From Glycera tridactyla (lineage: Eukaryota), in the NCBI GenBank assembly GCA_965644265.1, contig OZ286461.1, positions 96,534,001 through 96,598,000 of the forward strand: a stretch of 64,000 nt of DNA, in the 5' to 3' direction. The translations under genes were made by a program, and so were the position numbers. Positions 41,431 to 54,464 of the stretch are shown here, one piece after another. The notes below the pieces were generated by a model. It had not been told where the DNA came from. It made no database searches and saw only the letters and a program-made list of their open reading frames with translations. Numbering within the stretch: the first letter of the stretch is position 1; every line of letters begins with the position of its first letter.

Positions 41431-43164
41431 GGTGAGGACATTGGTTATATTTTTGATGTCACGATGCTGTCATCACCAAGGGGACACCAGGTGTCAGAAT
41501 GACGCAATGGGTGCACCCATCAATACTGTATGCAGACTTTGGGAAGTCCCGAGATGTAGAGATGATGCTGTGTGCCATCAATAAGACCTAATATCGTTGA
41601 CGGCTTTACAGCAACCACATGTTTATGTGACGTGCTGAGCTGTGGTTGGTATATAGCTGGTCATGGGGTGATATCTTGTGGGGTTATCAGCGCAGAAGAT
41701 TAGACGTCCATTTTGCCAGCCATGCTCGATTAGTCTGCGAATGAGCATGGTCATCGTTTACATCATATATCAGAAATAGCGACAAGATTATATCTCCTAA
41801 AATCGTACCCAATCACCTCGAGGCTGAAAACCCCAAGCAGAATACCAAGCTCAGAATCACACTTTGTAATTTACCTGGATGGCCTCAAACATCCAACCGG
41901 AACAGCTCGAAAACAAAATGGACACATGTACACTGATACGCCTGTGATTTTGTCCTCGTTGCATAATAGAAGAAAATATCATGGCCCGTCTGAGCAAACA
42001 GTATACTACCGACTCACTGTTTTGTTACTGTGCAATTTCAGAAAAGTACCCGAAGTACTGTCTGAGCATTGTATGGTCTCTGTCGAACGCATTACCTCGT
42101 CCTCCCATCTCAGTCTTTATCATTAGCTAAAACATCCTGATCTGCACCGAGCTATAGATAATGCTATCTGATAATCCAAATCAATGGTAATCCCGTTTGT
42201 ACTCTCAAGGCACGGTTAATATATGGTTCTCATCCATAGATAGGGCGGGGAAGGGGGTAAGAGCATGTTGAGTTTCAATCAGCCTACAACCATTCAAGTG
42301 TAGTGTAGTAGTGCAGGTGTACACACCTCTCAGGCATCAACTTCATTATATAACGGTTTCTCCGACATGCTTATCCCTGTAAAGTCTCTTGCTGAACGGA
42401 AGACCTGATCAACCTTGTTCATCAAATAAATAAATCAATATGTGAAAAACTAGAATTACACCACTCCCACGCCTGACCCTACTTTCACTGATCTTCCTCA
42501 CGATAGTGCACCTCCGGCTATATCAAGCATCATCACTGTGGTAATTCTTGTACTGGGTTGATATTTTGTCTAAATTTGCATGCAATTATTCAACAACAGC
42601 GGGCACTGTCCGACAACTATCTTCTGTATCTCAATTACCGCTCTAATACCTCTAATATCCTGTAGGTATGCGATTCTGATAGTTTCAGGCCCTATTCTGG
42701 GCTACCTATAGGCGTCGTTTATGTGTGATAGGAGCAGAGTCATATCCATATCAAACCAATTTTGTAAATTGACAGGATGATTTCTCATGGAAGTGGCTTT
42801 TTTATGGGGGGGGGGGGGGGGTTATGAGGAATGCATAAGATGAGCCATCGTATTGCTCAACTGTGAGTCGTACTGTCATACATGCTATCATAGTGCCTAA
42901 TTAGTAATCGTACTGCCCAATTTGCCCAGGAGAGCAATAAATCCAACAGGAGCCCTCTTGAACACCAGACCATTCATGCGCAATGACACTTGCTATCGGA
43001 TTTGTCCTCGCAAAATAAGCACTTTTAGTACACACTGCTCAAGTGGCAATCACACTACCCAACCGGCTGGCATACTGCCCAACTGGTCATCATACCACCA
43101 GATTAGCTTTTATAATGTGCCCAATCGGCTTTATACCGCCCAACTGGCAACCGACTGTGCCTGA

Positions 43165-43780
43165 CTGGCCATCACACTGCCCAGCTGGCCACCATACAAC
43201 CAAACATACTATCATACTGCCCAGCTGGCCACCCCACTGCCCAACTTGCCACCATACAACCAAACATACTATCATACTGCCCAACTGGCCACCCCACTGC
43301 CCAGCTTGCCATCATACAACCAAACATACTATCATACTGCCCAACTGGCCACCACACTGCCAATCTTGCCACCATACAACCAAACATTCTATCATACTGC
43401 CCAACTGGCCATCACACTGCCCAGCTTGCCACCATACAACCAAACATACTATCATACTGCCCAACTGGCCATCACACTGCCCAGCTTGCCACCATACAAC
43501 CAAACATACTATCATACTGCCCAACTGGCCACCACACTGCCCAGCTTGCCACCATACAACCAAACATACTATCATACTGCCCAACTGGCCATCACACTGC
43601 CTAGCTCGCCACCATACAACCAAACATACTATCACACTGCCCAACTGGCCACCACACTGCCCGACTTGCCACCATACAACCAAACATTCTATCATACTGC
43701 CCAACTGGCCATCACACTGCCCAGCATGCCACCATACAACCAAACATACTATCATACTGCCCAACTGGCCATCATACTGT
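43165..43780. repeat. Tandem array, 60-bp unit (3 x 20-bp subunits), ~10 copies, with degenerate 20-mers on both flanks
   Basis: ACTGCCCAACTGGCCATCAC-ACTGCCCAGCTTGCCACCAT-ACAACCAAACATACTATCAT; successive 60-nt lines are nearly identical. Confidence 0.97.
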
Positions 43781-44779
43781 GCACAACAGACAATCGTATC
43801 TGCTCAACTGGCCACCATACTGCCAAGAAGGCAATAATCCTGTCTAACCGGTAATCATACTGTGCTCAACTGGCCATTACACTATCCTACTGCTCATAAT
43901 TCTGTTCGATATGCCATCTGAGTATGTCAACTGCGTTTGATACGTCACCAGAGTACCTACCCAGCAATCACAGTACCTTATAGCAATCGAACTGCCCAAC
44001 TTGTCAGCTCAAGTCATACCGACCATCACGCTGTAATGCCAAATCGGTATTCGCGCAGGCAATCTACTGCCCTACCGCCCAGCATACTACCCAAACGAAT
44101 ATCTCTTAACAAAAAGCCTCTCTTATTGGCAAACGACCGAACGATGGATATTTCGACTGCTCGATAGTCAATTTACTTGATAATCTATGCTGACCATCGA
44201 AATGAAGTTCTCATAAATCAGTCAATCTAATCAGTAAGCGACGATTTAATGAATCAGCCAAGCAATCGAGCATTGAACTGATCAACTGATCGAACAAGCG
44301 AGTGATCATTCCATCCTCTCTGTTACTCACACATCGATGGCGCAGTTGCATATTCAGTCCGATTACTCGCCAGCAAGTCGGCTGACGGCCAGCAAGTCTG
44401 TAATGTGGGCTTCCTCAGTTGTGTCTCGGCAAAGGGTGGGGGTCAAGGGTTCAAAACCTGCAGACAATGCTGAATGACAAGTGGCGGCACGTGACAAGGA
44501 TACCGGAAGAACACTCTGATTAGCTCGGCAACATATGTGCTGCATCAACAAGAGTCCACAGCCCCCTTCCTAGCATCACCACGGCTCCTGACATATGAGC
44601 GAAATCTTATTTCTACGTCTCTCAATTTCGAACCAACCTTCACTGGCACTGACAGTAGGACCCCATCTCTATTGTAATGTACCTGTGCTCAGTAGGATCA
44701 ATCGATAGTTAGGGTAATGACTATATTGCCAAGAATTGACGCGACTTCATCTTCTGGGAATCATTCTCATTCATCGACA

Positions 44780-46300
44780 CCTGCCATTGGAATGTAGCCA
44801 AGATTCATACACTGGACCATATAAGTGGTCTTGGTGATCGTCGGCATGTGCTTCATAAGTAGGTCCAATTGAAACTGAACACAACCAGAAGAGAAGTCGA
44901 TCTTAGCTGCAGACCATACGGACTGGAAAGAGGTTCATCTCTAACAAGATAATGCTGGTGCTCGATGAACATCACGTTCTTCATCATATTCGTATTGAAT
45001 GGAGTGACTGTATAACACAGCATTTGTTTTCTATGCTCACTAACACCACTCAATAACCACAGTGAATACGCCTACAGAAACATCAGTGACTCGTGGGCTA
45101 ATGAGGACTCTCCCGACCGAGTCATTGTGTCAGAGTGGTCTCTGGTGTAGACAACATGCAAAGCCATCTGTGTTTACTGACCTGGTGGTAAATACCTTCT
45201 AGCACAGCCTCATTTCAGGACATGTCCTTCTGTTTGACACAATCCATACACCTTTGAGTCTGATAGTGTATATACTGTGGAGAGATTCAAATTTGCGACA
45301 CTGAAGTCTGTGGTCGATACTACCTATCTCAGTCATTTAACTTGGTCTTCTCGATCTGAGAAAGAGAACTCGTGTAGGTAGATTAGATGTAGGGGTGAAA
45401 GGGTTTGGGTTTACCAAAGTGACGACGTGTTCGAAGATGAGTTTTTGAGTTGGAGTACCATGGTTGACCCCTATCCAAATGGCCAATCTATTGAAAATCT
45501 AGAACATTTTCCTGGCAATATGCACATTTGATCTACCACCAGAAGCAAGTTGCTTGTGGAGAAGATAGTCAGCAAAATCAAACAAGTGTTCTCGTGAAAT
45601 TGTATCTCTTAAAGAGTGTACAGATTAGACGGACATGCTGTGGAAAATGTCTATTTTTCCAGGCATTGCTCGAAATACGGCATCAGGGAAGTGAGAGACA
45701 TCTAGAATTACTGGTTGTTAGAGTGTTTGACCTAAGAGGCGATAACGCACAGTTTATTGGTCTCGGATGACATTTTTTGTGCCTGGCATGCTTGATTAGG
45801 CAGCAATGAAGCTTCACTAACAAGATTTATTTTATGGTGTTGTGACGCCATCAAGGGAAAACATCTGCAGTATATCAAAGTGCAGCCTATCTCTCGTCGA
45901 TTAGAGGTAAGTATTCCCAACCAAGTGGAAGCTGTGTGAACTGATCCAATATTCATGGGTTAGACAGCTGCCAGACTTCCTGATGAAGCTGATATGTTAA
46001 GGAAAGTTATAATCATCATAACAATATAAGGAGAATGTGGCCACGCTGCTTTGATTTGTGGGAGATGATTCTATCACACCGCAATGATCAGAGTATCACG
46101 TCATGCTTACCGATACTGGCTGAACATTACCTCCATCGTCAATCTCCCAACAAAGTCATAGTGATACATAATTATTCACCCGAACTTTCGGGGATTGGAC
46201 AATCATTTCACTCAGGGATCTGAGTGTAGTGAAGACAGGGTATCGAGCACAGACTTTGCTCAGGAGTTGTATTGAGACATCTGAAATACGATAGCAGATG
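44780..46300 (-). mobile_element. Decayed LINE ORF2 (linker plus RT)
   Basis: Ordered minus-strand remnants: AMPGKIDI (cf. APGPDGI), IARKMF*IFNRLAIWIGVN (cf. GKLF..ILNNRL..W.E.N), LHSIYT (cf. LKSIY), DFSSGCVQFQLDLL (cf. LFS.S..GLQ.QLDLL). Confidence 0.5.
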
Positions 46301-49300
46301 CAAAATATAGGCTCAGTATTACCTATGATCATTCCCTGATATTCAACTTGATAATGAAGCTGCTGTCTGCTTACCTGTGTCAATTGGTCATCGAATGGTT
46401 TGCTCATGACCCCTATGATTGATTGATTGATATTTTTCCGTCGGAGACGGTACTATTTTCACTTTGGGTTCCCACTCAATCTAGACATTACTATCGTCCA
46501 TTTTATGGGGTCATCCACCATGATTTGATCATGTTTGACACACATGCTCCCTATCAAATCATCAGAATTGAACTGAAACTGCTTCAAAAATGTGTGAAAC
46601 GTGTGAGACACAGAAGTCTTCGCGTGAAACATTGCTAAATTTGGAAATCGTAGATTACTGACTGTGTGAGAATGTTTGAAACGAGGACTATGTTTTTAGA
46701 AGCGACGCATGGCAGATAAAATGATAATAATAATAATGATAATAATAATGATAATGATAATAATCTTTATTTATAGTCGGGTGATAATACAACATATAAC
46801 AGTGCCATTACCGGCGAATCCTCTCCGTGACGTCATATTGCGGTCTGTGATTCCCATACTTGAGAAATATCATTGCTAGGCGATTTACCGGCGAATACAC
46901 GTATTATGACTCGACTCGCTGATGAATTGAAGTCTTTCATATCCATCTGTGTACAACCCATGTATAAATTGCGTGAATCCGCTAACGAAACTTTCTGAGA
47001 TGACCCGGACCGCTCAAGAAATCGTGAACAGTCGATTTGGCACTGTCGTCTAGTGTTCGGCGCATTTGCATACGGTTCGGCAGTGTGTCGTACAGGCCGA
47101 CCTGGCTCTGCCCGGCCCTGGTTGCGAGGTTGTCTCCCTGTGAACCCTCAATCGCTCTCTATCTGTCTGTCTGTCTCTCTCTCTCTCTGTATCTGTATCT
47201 ACCTGCCTGCTCGCCTGTCAATCTGTCTGTCTCCCCTCTCTCTCTGTCTCTCTCCGGTTCATGCATTTCCCCCTTTTAAATTACCACCTCTCCGCCGTAA
47301 ATCGACGACCATTCTTTGTTTTGAAGAAAATTCTTGTTTCATTTCACTTCGTCAACAGTAATACATACAATACAGTATGATGTAATATAATATAACATAC
47401 AGTACATTGTAATTACTACACATTCGCCCCAAGAGGCTTATCTAGTGTGACGGATAATGAATTCAATATATTTGACTTTCTTCTAACATGTAAGACTGAT
47501 GATGTTAGAATAAATGTCTTGAATCAAGCAGCATCAGGCGGGGGGAGATGAAGTGAGATGAAATGTTGTGATGACATGAGAGTGAAGGCAAAAGACACAA
47601 GTCGACTATAATATACTCTAATGTCTTAGTGGGCGATTAGATATGCTTTCTAAGAGTCTCTAACTTCAGTACGGTTATATGCTGCCGCCTGATATTAGGA
47701 GTATATTCGAGGACTCTGCAATATAACGTGTTTGCAAGATGGCTGATGACCCTCACATTGACCCCTAGCGCTCAACTGCCCCACACATACCCATCTCTAA
47801 CAAACTTTAAAAAAATTGGGTAGGCCGGTAATTGCTGCTAATTGTGATGAGCAAGAGATACTTCAGTGTTACTCTTCCATTTCAGGTATCAGCCTCATGC
47901 CCCACTTTCAATGATTACAACATCAATACATGTCATTGCAGTCAATACCAAAAAACACTTCTGTTGGATCAAATGCTGCTTTGCTTATGCCAGACATCTC
48001 TGAGACGGCGATTTATCTGAAATGGCCAATTTGCAAAGTATAGGTGACGATGAACATATGGATAGATGAAATCATTTGCTTCAAGTACAATATGCTCAGT
48101 ATTGGCTTTCTGATCCGCTTTATGCAATAAAGGCTTAGAGACACTCACCTGCCATCCATATACTGTCAGTAATTGGCGTCGACTGGACCCAGGCACATAT
48201 CGGCTATCGTTATTCTGGTTTCTATGTCAATCATTCCAATGCTGGTCGACATTACATATTGACAGATACGCAAAGCTGATGTGAGATCAAAACATTGTGA
48301 AAACGGCCTCGTAAAGCCTCAATGTATCAGCTCACAACTGGCTGCCATTTGGACTTGTCTCTTTTGTCAACGAGATGTGCATCAGTGGTATTGTCCTGTG
48401 GTGAAATTACAAGAGGGGGCAATAAAATCAGGAGCTCTTCTCACAAACAAGCGGTTTATTGTGTCACAACACTACTTACTATCGGACATATCTCAACATG
48501 ATAACCACCTCATGATGGCGGATGCATCGTGGGTAGATAGACGAATGAATAAATAAAGAGGAGAATGAATCAGTACATAGCCACACACTATACCAATTGT
48601 CACAGACTACACCAATGGTCTTACCTCCCCCCCCCCCCCCCCTCAGTTTTGAGCTCTAAACACAGAAACAGCTACCCACCACCAGGGCTGGGTGATGGTG
48701 TGAGCGCCTATCGGGGATCTGAAAACAATGGTCCTAGGTTAGCAGTGGCGCTATAATAAGTGACTACAAAAAAAAGCTACACTGACACACCTCTCCAGCA
48801 TACAGACACATGCAAGCACAAGAGAGGAGTACTGGACTGAGATCAGTCAAAACAGTCAAACAAACAAACAAATACAAAGAGGAATGGATGAAAAATGAAG
48901 GGATGAATGAATGTGAACTATTGATCACACATCGACATCAACATATACAACATTTGAAGACTCGCGGCACTTACAGTATATTACGTTATTTGGGATGATC
49001 AAATGTTTGCAGATGAAGTTTGTGGACAAAAAGTTATGATATAGCTCGAGTGCTGCTGAGGGGAACATAAATCCTCAACCATCAGAGTTGTGAGGATGAG
49101 ATTTGAACACTGAGTATCATGCTGATTTCTTGAATCAACTTCATTTGCCCATCTTGTAATCATACTGTTCAACCCGGTACCAAATACCCAATACTGCTCA
49201 TCAAACTGCGCAACTTTTCAACTCTTGCCAAACAAGCCATGAAATTCAACTCACATTGCACACATTGCACTTTCATACTGCTCAACTATCCACCATGCGA

Positions 49301-52060
49301 ATTATTTCACTTTTATACTGTCTAACTATCCGTCATGTGACCCATCTGTCTCTCATACTCTCCACCTATCCACCATGCTGGCTATTTGGCTAACCAGCAT
49401 TACAATAATTGAAACGTAGATGAAGACAATAGTGAGTGACACGTGAGAGTGTGTGATTAGAATATCATTAGATCACTGTTTGTGGGCAGGCGGCGTAGAT
49501 GCTACATCTCAGGCAGTTCACCAACCTCCGCCTGATTAGCATTGTTCTTGACATTATGAGCATTGTTCTTGACATTATGAGCTAGATAACCTCAGCTCTC
49601 CATACAGGTCAGATCATGCGGGAAATATCCCATGCACATCATTCATGTCTGTTACCCAGCACTGTCCACTGGTGTAGAAACTTCTGGAAATTGACTTAAT
49701 TAATTATACAGTCGTATTCATTCCTTGCCAAGTAGGATTTTGCACAGAGCATTATAGATGTGCCTGAAATATTTTTGCCCATAACAGGGAGTGGCCTATG
49801 TCATGTTGGAGGTGGAACTGAAATACCGGAAATATGTAGGGAAGACACACCATATATCTTTAAACAACAATTCATGGGCAATTTTGATTTTGTCCAAGAA
49901 ATTTTGTCCAAAATTTGCATCCAGTAGGACCAAAAAATGTTCACACCTCCACATTTCAGATTTTGCGTTTATGGGCAGAGGAAGATACAACCAACAAACC
50001 GATCAAACAAAGGATCAGGGAATTCATCAGACAATGCCCATCGCACTGGCAATATATGATGTTGAGAGCAGAATATTTGATTGGGCTCCGAGGCATGTAA
50101 CTATTCACCCATCCACCTATCTATGCATATATCCGTGCTTCCGCCCGTGCTCCCACCTGTCTGTCTGTCTGTCTGTTCATTCGCAAGGTTGAGCTAGATG
50201 TCTGTGGATAACACTACCAATATATTGTGAGAATTGGATAACCAAGATATATGAGAAAACACTTCGGAAGTACTAACCGATCCGAGAAATGTAGAACAAA
50301 ATAGTTTACCACCTAAATCATAAATGATTGATATATTTTTAATCATGTGAGTTCGCGTTTCTTTTTGCAACCGAATATCTCTGATACGTAATTAAATTTC
50401 TCGATTGCTGAAAAGATTACATCTGAAGTGTAGGCGTGATATCGACATTGAAATAATGTTTGTACTTTCTGGAGCTGTAGAAGATTCGGCAGAAAGAGGA
50501 GCGGTTCGACAAGTGTGCTGGTCCAGTCAGTGCATCACCAATGAGAGGCAATTTCACAGTTGCCAGGTACGAATTACCATAATCTCCAACAAGTATAAAA
50601 ACGACTAGAGTGAAAGCATCTGGATTTGAATAACCCTTCGGTTCATATTGTGTAAACAAACTTTGAGAAATTCGCATTTTTCATCATGCTCAGAACACAG
50701 GAGGACAACGAGGGAAATAAGTATCTATGCGACCACTCATCGAGCAATCTTAGTTAGTATTCCCTATCTTCTGTGCAGCTTCCATGTCGGCAAGACTCGG
50801 ATCATCTGCCCCGCCTGATACATCATGAATATATCTGAATGGACAACACTCTCATGGTTACATCACATGAGTAGCTCGAATGCACCTTCCTGGCTCGATC
50901 TGCTGTGTTGTGTAAACCCTGCAGGCTGAATATAGGAGGGGAGAGGTTTATTTATGATTCGGGAGGTTGCATCATGTCTTCTTCCCTGGCGACAACGTGA
51001 CATTTTATCTTGGAGCAGATGGAGGCAGTCTGAACAGCTGATCTGCTATAACACAACGTGAAAAATTGTCATATTTGATATTGAATGTACGTATAATGTT
51101 ATCTCCATAAGTTACTTGTTAAGCTCCCTTTTTAAGTTTTTTGATACCATATCTGATGACACCTGTTGCAGTAAGACGAACAAGACATTTGATTCAACCT
51201 CCGGCATCTTTTATGGATGACGTGCAATTAATCGCACAATCATATCGCATGTTATTTCAAACTGATGTCTCAAACTGATGTCTAATTCGCGCCCGGGAAA
51301 GAGACACGGAGTTCGAAGATTCAAGTGAATTGTTGAACATCTCGATGGATTGCACAACATTCACTCCTTGTAGACACGCCATCCATCTGGCTACTTACAG
51401 AATTCGTTTCTCATGGTCGGCTTCCCTGAATTTCGATTGATGAAATGAATATATTTTGAGAAAAAGTGACTTCGGATGAGGGCATTCTAGCCCTCCTGTA
51501 TATATGGTGTGTCACTTGCACAAGATGTGCCATAGCTATGATCAATATTGAATTGTGACTCTGATAATGATGTACTACGTATGATCGAACATATATATAT
51601 ATATATGGGTCATAACCAATAATTGTATCTGAGGCACATATGTTCAGAAACATTATACTAATCTTGCTATGTCGATAATTTCATGAAAACTAGTTGTGTT
51701 TAGTTTCATTTTCACTGTGAAATCCATCCCACAATTAAACTGGACATTAATGAGCGAAATTCCTGATTGAAATAGCATTCAGGCATCGAAATCTTCTTTG
51801 TCCTGCATTATTCATAGGGTCACGGAACCAGTGTAGGGATCCAACACTTGCTCGAAATTGTGATAAAAATGACGAGATACAACATATAGCCACCAGCAAA
51901 TGTAATGAAGAAAGATGCCTGGCCGGCTTTTACTTGAAGTAATGTGTCATGAAGTTACCCGATGCATAATCAGCAGTTTCTAATGCATTATTACTATTAT
52001 ATAAAGTATTTCTTGACGGACAACATGGCTGACAAGAACTCTTTGAAGGTCATCTGGTGG

Positions 52061-52877
52061 CTGATCTGGATGTTGCGCTTGATAATGAGTGTATAGGGTG
52101 CATCTTGTGATGAAGACCACTCTAATTTGTATGACAGACAGCTGGATGTTCTCTTATCTGATCTGATCTAGATGTTGCCGCTTGATAATGAGTGTATACG
52201 GTGGATCTCGTGATGAAGACCACTCTAATTTATATGACAGACAGCTGGATGTTCTCTTATCTGATCTGATCTGGATGTTGCTGCTTGATAATGAGTGTGT
52301 ACGGTGGATCTCGTGATGAAGACCACTCTAATTTGTATGACAGACAGCTGCATGTTCTCTTATCTGATCTGATCTGGATGTTGCTGCTTGATAATGAGTG
52401 TGTACGGTGGATCTCGTGATGAAGACCACTCTAATTTGTATGACAGACAGCTGGATGTTCTCTTATCTGATCTGATCTGGATGTTGCTGCTTGATAATGA
52501 GTGTGTACGGTGGATCTCGTGATGAAGACCACTAATTTGTATGACAGACAGCTGGATGTTCTCTTATCTGATCTGATCTGGATGTTGCTGCTTGATAATG
52601 AGTGTATACTGTGGATCTCGTGATGAAGACCACTCTAATTCGTATGACGGACAGCTTGATGTTCTCTTATCTGATCTGATCTGGATGTTGCCGCTTGATA
52701 ATGAGTGTATACGGTGCATCTCGTGATGAAGACCACTCTAATTTGTATGATGGACAGCTGCATGTTCTCTTATCTGATCTGATCTGGATGTTGCCACTTG
52801 ATAATGAGTGTATACGGTGCATCTCGTGATGGAGACCACTCTAATTTGTATGACGGACAGCTTGATGTTCTCTTATC
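52061..52877. repeat. Tandem array, 103-bp unit, ~8 copies
   Basis: GATGTTGC unit starts at 52069, 52171, 52274, 52377, 52480, 52581, 52684 and 52787; one 1-bp and one 2-bp deletion. Confidence 0.97.
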
Positions 52878-53257
52878 CCCTCCCAAATGTTCACTCACAT
52901 GCACTCAACTACTTATGACATTCCCTTTCGCGTGGGTTCGAGTAAATTAGCAATGGAATTCAGTCAGAACATGCAAGAGACGTTCCGTACTCGCCATTAA
53001 CACAATGATGTATCCGCCGCGAGAATAGAATCATCTTGTGTCTCACTGACAACACTTTCCAACCATCTCTACCCATCCTAATCTGAAACTTCTTTGTGAG
53101 ATTGAATGTTATCTCATGCAACTATATGCCACCATGGCATCCTCAGTATGCCACACCAAGTCCATATTCAACACACAATTTGAGACGAATTCCAACGAAT
53201 TCCACCTCTCGTTCCCTCCCTTGATTTGAGGGGGGAAACGCTCTAGCCAGATCTCGA

Positions 53258-53580
53258 AAAAAACATAATTTTTGAAATAAATTAATTTTTGTAGTTGAAA
53301 ATGATAGCTGTTATATTTGGAGGAATGAGTTATGACAACTTGTGAACACAGATGGCGGTTATTTTTTGATTATTAATTTTTATTAATTATCCGACAAACA
53401 AATACTATTGCAGAATGTTGATATATGTATTGTCCGTGTTGACCAATTTGTTGATTATGATAAAAAGGAAAAAAGAGTCTTATTTTAGGTTGTGTGTATG
53501 GAATTGAGGGTACCAGTAGAGACGGCTATAAAAGGGTCAACAACACAGTGACTCTTCCCATTCTTGTTATACAGTTGAAG
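53258..53580 (+). repeat. Split direct repeat A1 (323 bp)
   Basis: Matches 59395-59717 and 60220-60542 (AAAAAACATAAT...CAGTTGAAG). Confidence 0.96.
53527..53564 (+). promoter_or_regulatory. Candidate Pol II core promoter in repeat A (TATA box plus Inr)
   Basis: TATAAAAG at 53527-53534 and Inr-like CCA(+1)TTCT with A at 53560, 33 nt downstream. Also present in A2 (59664) and A3 (60489). Confidence 0.6.
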
Positions 53581-54464
53581 TAAGCAGGTTGCTCAGGTCG
53601 ATTTCAGATAGGATTTTGGCGGGAAACATGGTGTCAGTTGGAGTTAACCCGTCTTTATCGTATATACCTATACGACAGTGGATAAATTGGAAAGTTAAGG
53701 TTGCCGTACTAGGGCATTCCTTTACTAGACATCAAAGTGAGGAATTACTTGAGGAAATGAAAACCATGGGAGTTTATGAGGAGGTTACACAAGGATTAAT
53801 GCATAGAGGTAGGGTGAATGCTGAGATTTTGAAAGTGGATGATGTGATTGATGTGGTGAATTTCAGAACATGTCCTTTTATCAAGACATATGGAAACAAT
53901 GATCAAATAGAGTTGGAATTTCTCGCGATGGCAGCCTTGAAACCTGATGTACTGATAATCGATTTGGGGAGCAATGACTTGTGTAAAAGTGAGGTTGATC
54001 CAGCAACTCTTGCAGTTGATTTGTTTGAATTAGCAGTCAATTTGCGTCATGCTGGAATAGAGATGGTCATGTTTATGGCATGCTTAGATCGCGTAAAAGG
54101 ACCATCGGATTTCAGAGCAAGAGCGAGAACTTTCAATCAAAAACTGAAATACTGCTGTGATTATGCTAAAAACAGTGGTGGCCTTGGGTTCTATAACACC
54201 AAAGGTTTTGGAAGTTTGGAGGAAGGAGAACCATCACATGTGTATGAATGGAGTGTGGATGGCATTCACCCAATGAGAAACAGTAGATATTTCATGAGAT
54301 ACAGATATGAAGTAAGAAAGGCTATATGGAAAGGAGTAGTAGGCTTTGGGAAAGTTCTAATAGACCTGAGCAACTGAAGAAAATTGGTAGAGAATGGGAA
54401 TTTGTATTTATAATATGTATGTATAATGCAGCCATGAGCTGTGCTCTCATTAACATAATTTCAG
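53580..54464 (+). other. Predicted 885-nt intron containing the whole SGNH ORF
   Basis: Donor GAA|GTAAGC at 53579/53580; acceptor CTCTCATTAACATAATTTCAG|ATG ending at 54464, directly before the gag start. Motif-based only. Confidence 0.55.
53628..54377 (+). CDS. SGNH/GDSL-family hydrolase (esterase), 249 aa from ATG 53628
   Basis: Block I VAVLGHSF (nucleophile Ser), block III IIDLGSNDL, block V DGIHP. The track starts at TTG 53589, but the first ATG is 53628 in strong context (AACATGG). Confidence 0.9.
   Translation: MVSVGVNPSLSYIPIRQWINWKVKVAVLGHSFTRHQSEELLEEMKTMGVYEEVTQGLMHRGRVNAEILKVDDVIDVVNFRTCPFIKTYGNNDQIELEFLAMAALKPDVLIIDLGSNDLCKSEVDPATLAVDLFELAVNLRHAGIEMVMFMACLDRVKGPSDFRARARTFNQKLKYCCDYAKNSGGLGFYNTKGFGSLEEGEPSHVYEWSVDGIHPMRNSRYFMRYRYEVRKAIWKGVVGFGKVLIDLSN

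Noticed and set aside
44440-44470. tRNA or tRNA-derived SINE (GGTTCAAAACC B-box-like)
   Set aside because: No A-box at a suitable distance and no cloverleaf. No tRNA or rRNA gene was recognised anywhere in the window.
46120-46380. Minus-strand exon with a YDFVGRL sulfotransferase-like motif and splice-like signals
   Set aside because: There are stops in all frames, and the segment aligns with the decayed LINE fragment at ~39.7 kb (HTFAEKSQME), so it is a TE relic.
49791-50192. 133-aa ORF containing YVGKT (GIY-YIG-like)
   Set aside because: No upstream GIY motif, conserved Arg/Glu or adjacent RT; the ORF runs into simple repeats.
53205-53245. Hairpin in the host flank next to the insertion (CGTTCCCTCCC...GGGGGGAAACG)
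   Set aside because: It needs a bulge and G-T pairs, and a single flank cannot establish target relevance.
53580-53607. 28-nt mini-intron using the ATTTCAG at 53601-53607
   Set aside because: Too short for most animal spliceosomes and it would not change the first AUG; kept only as a possible alternative acceptor.
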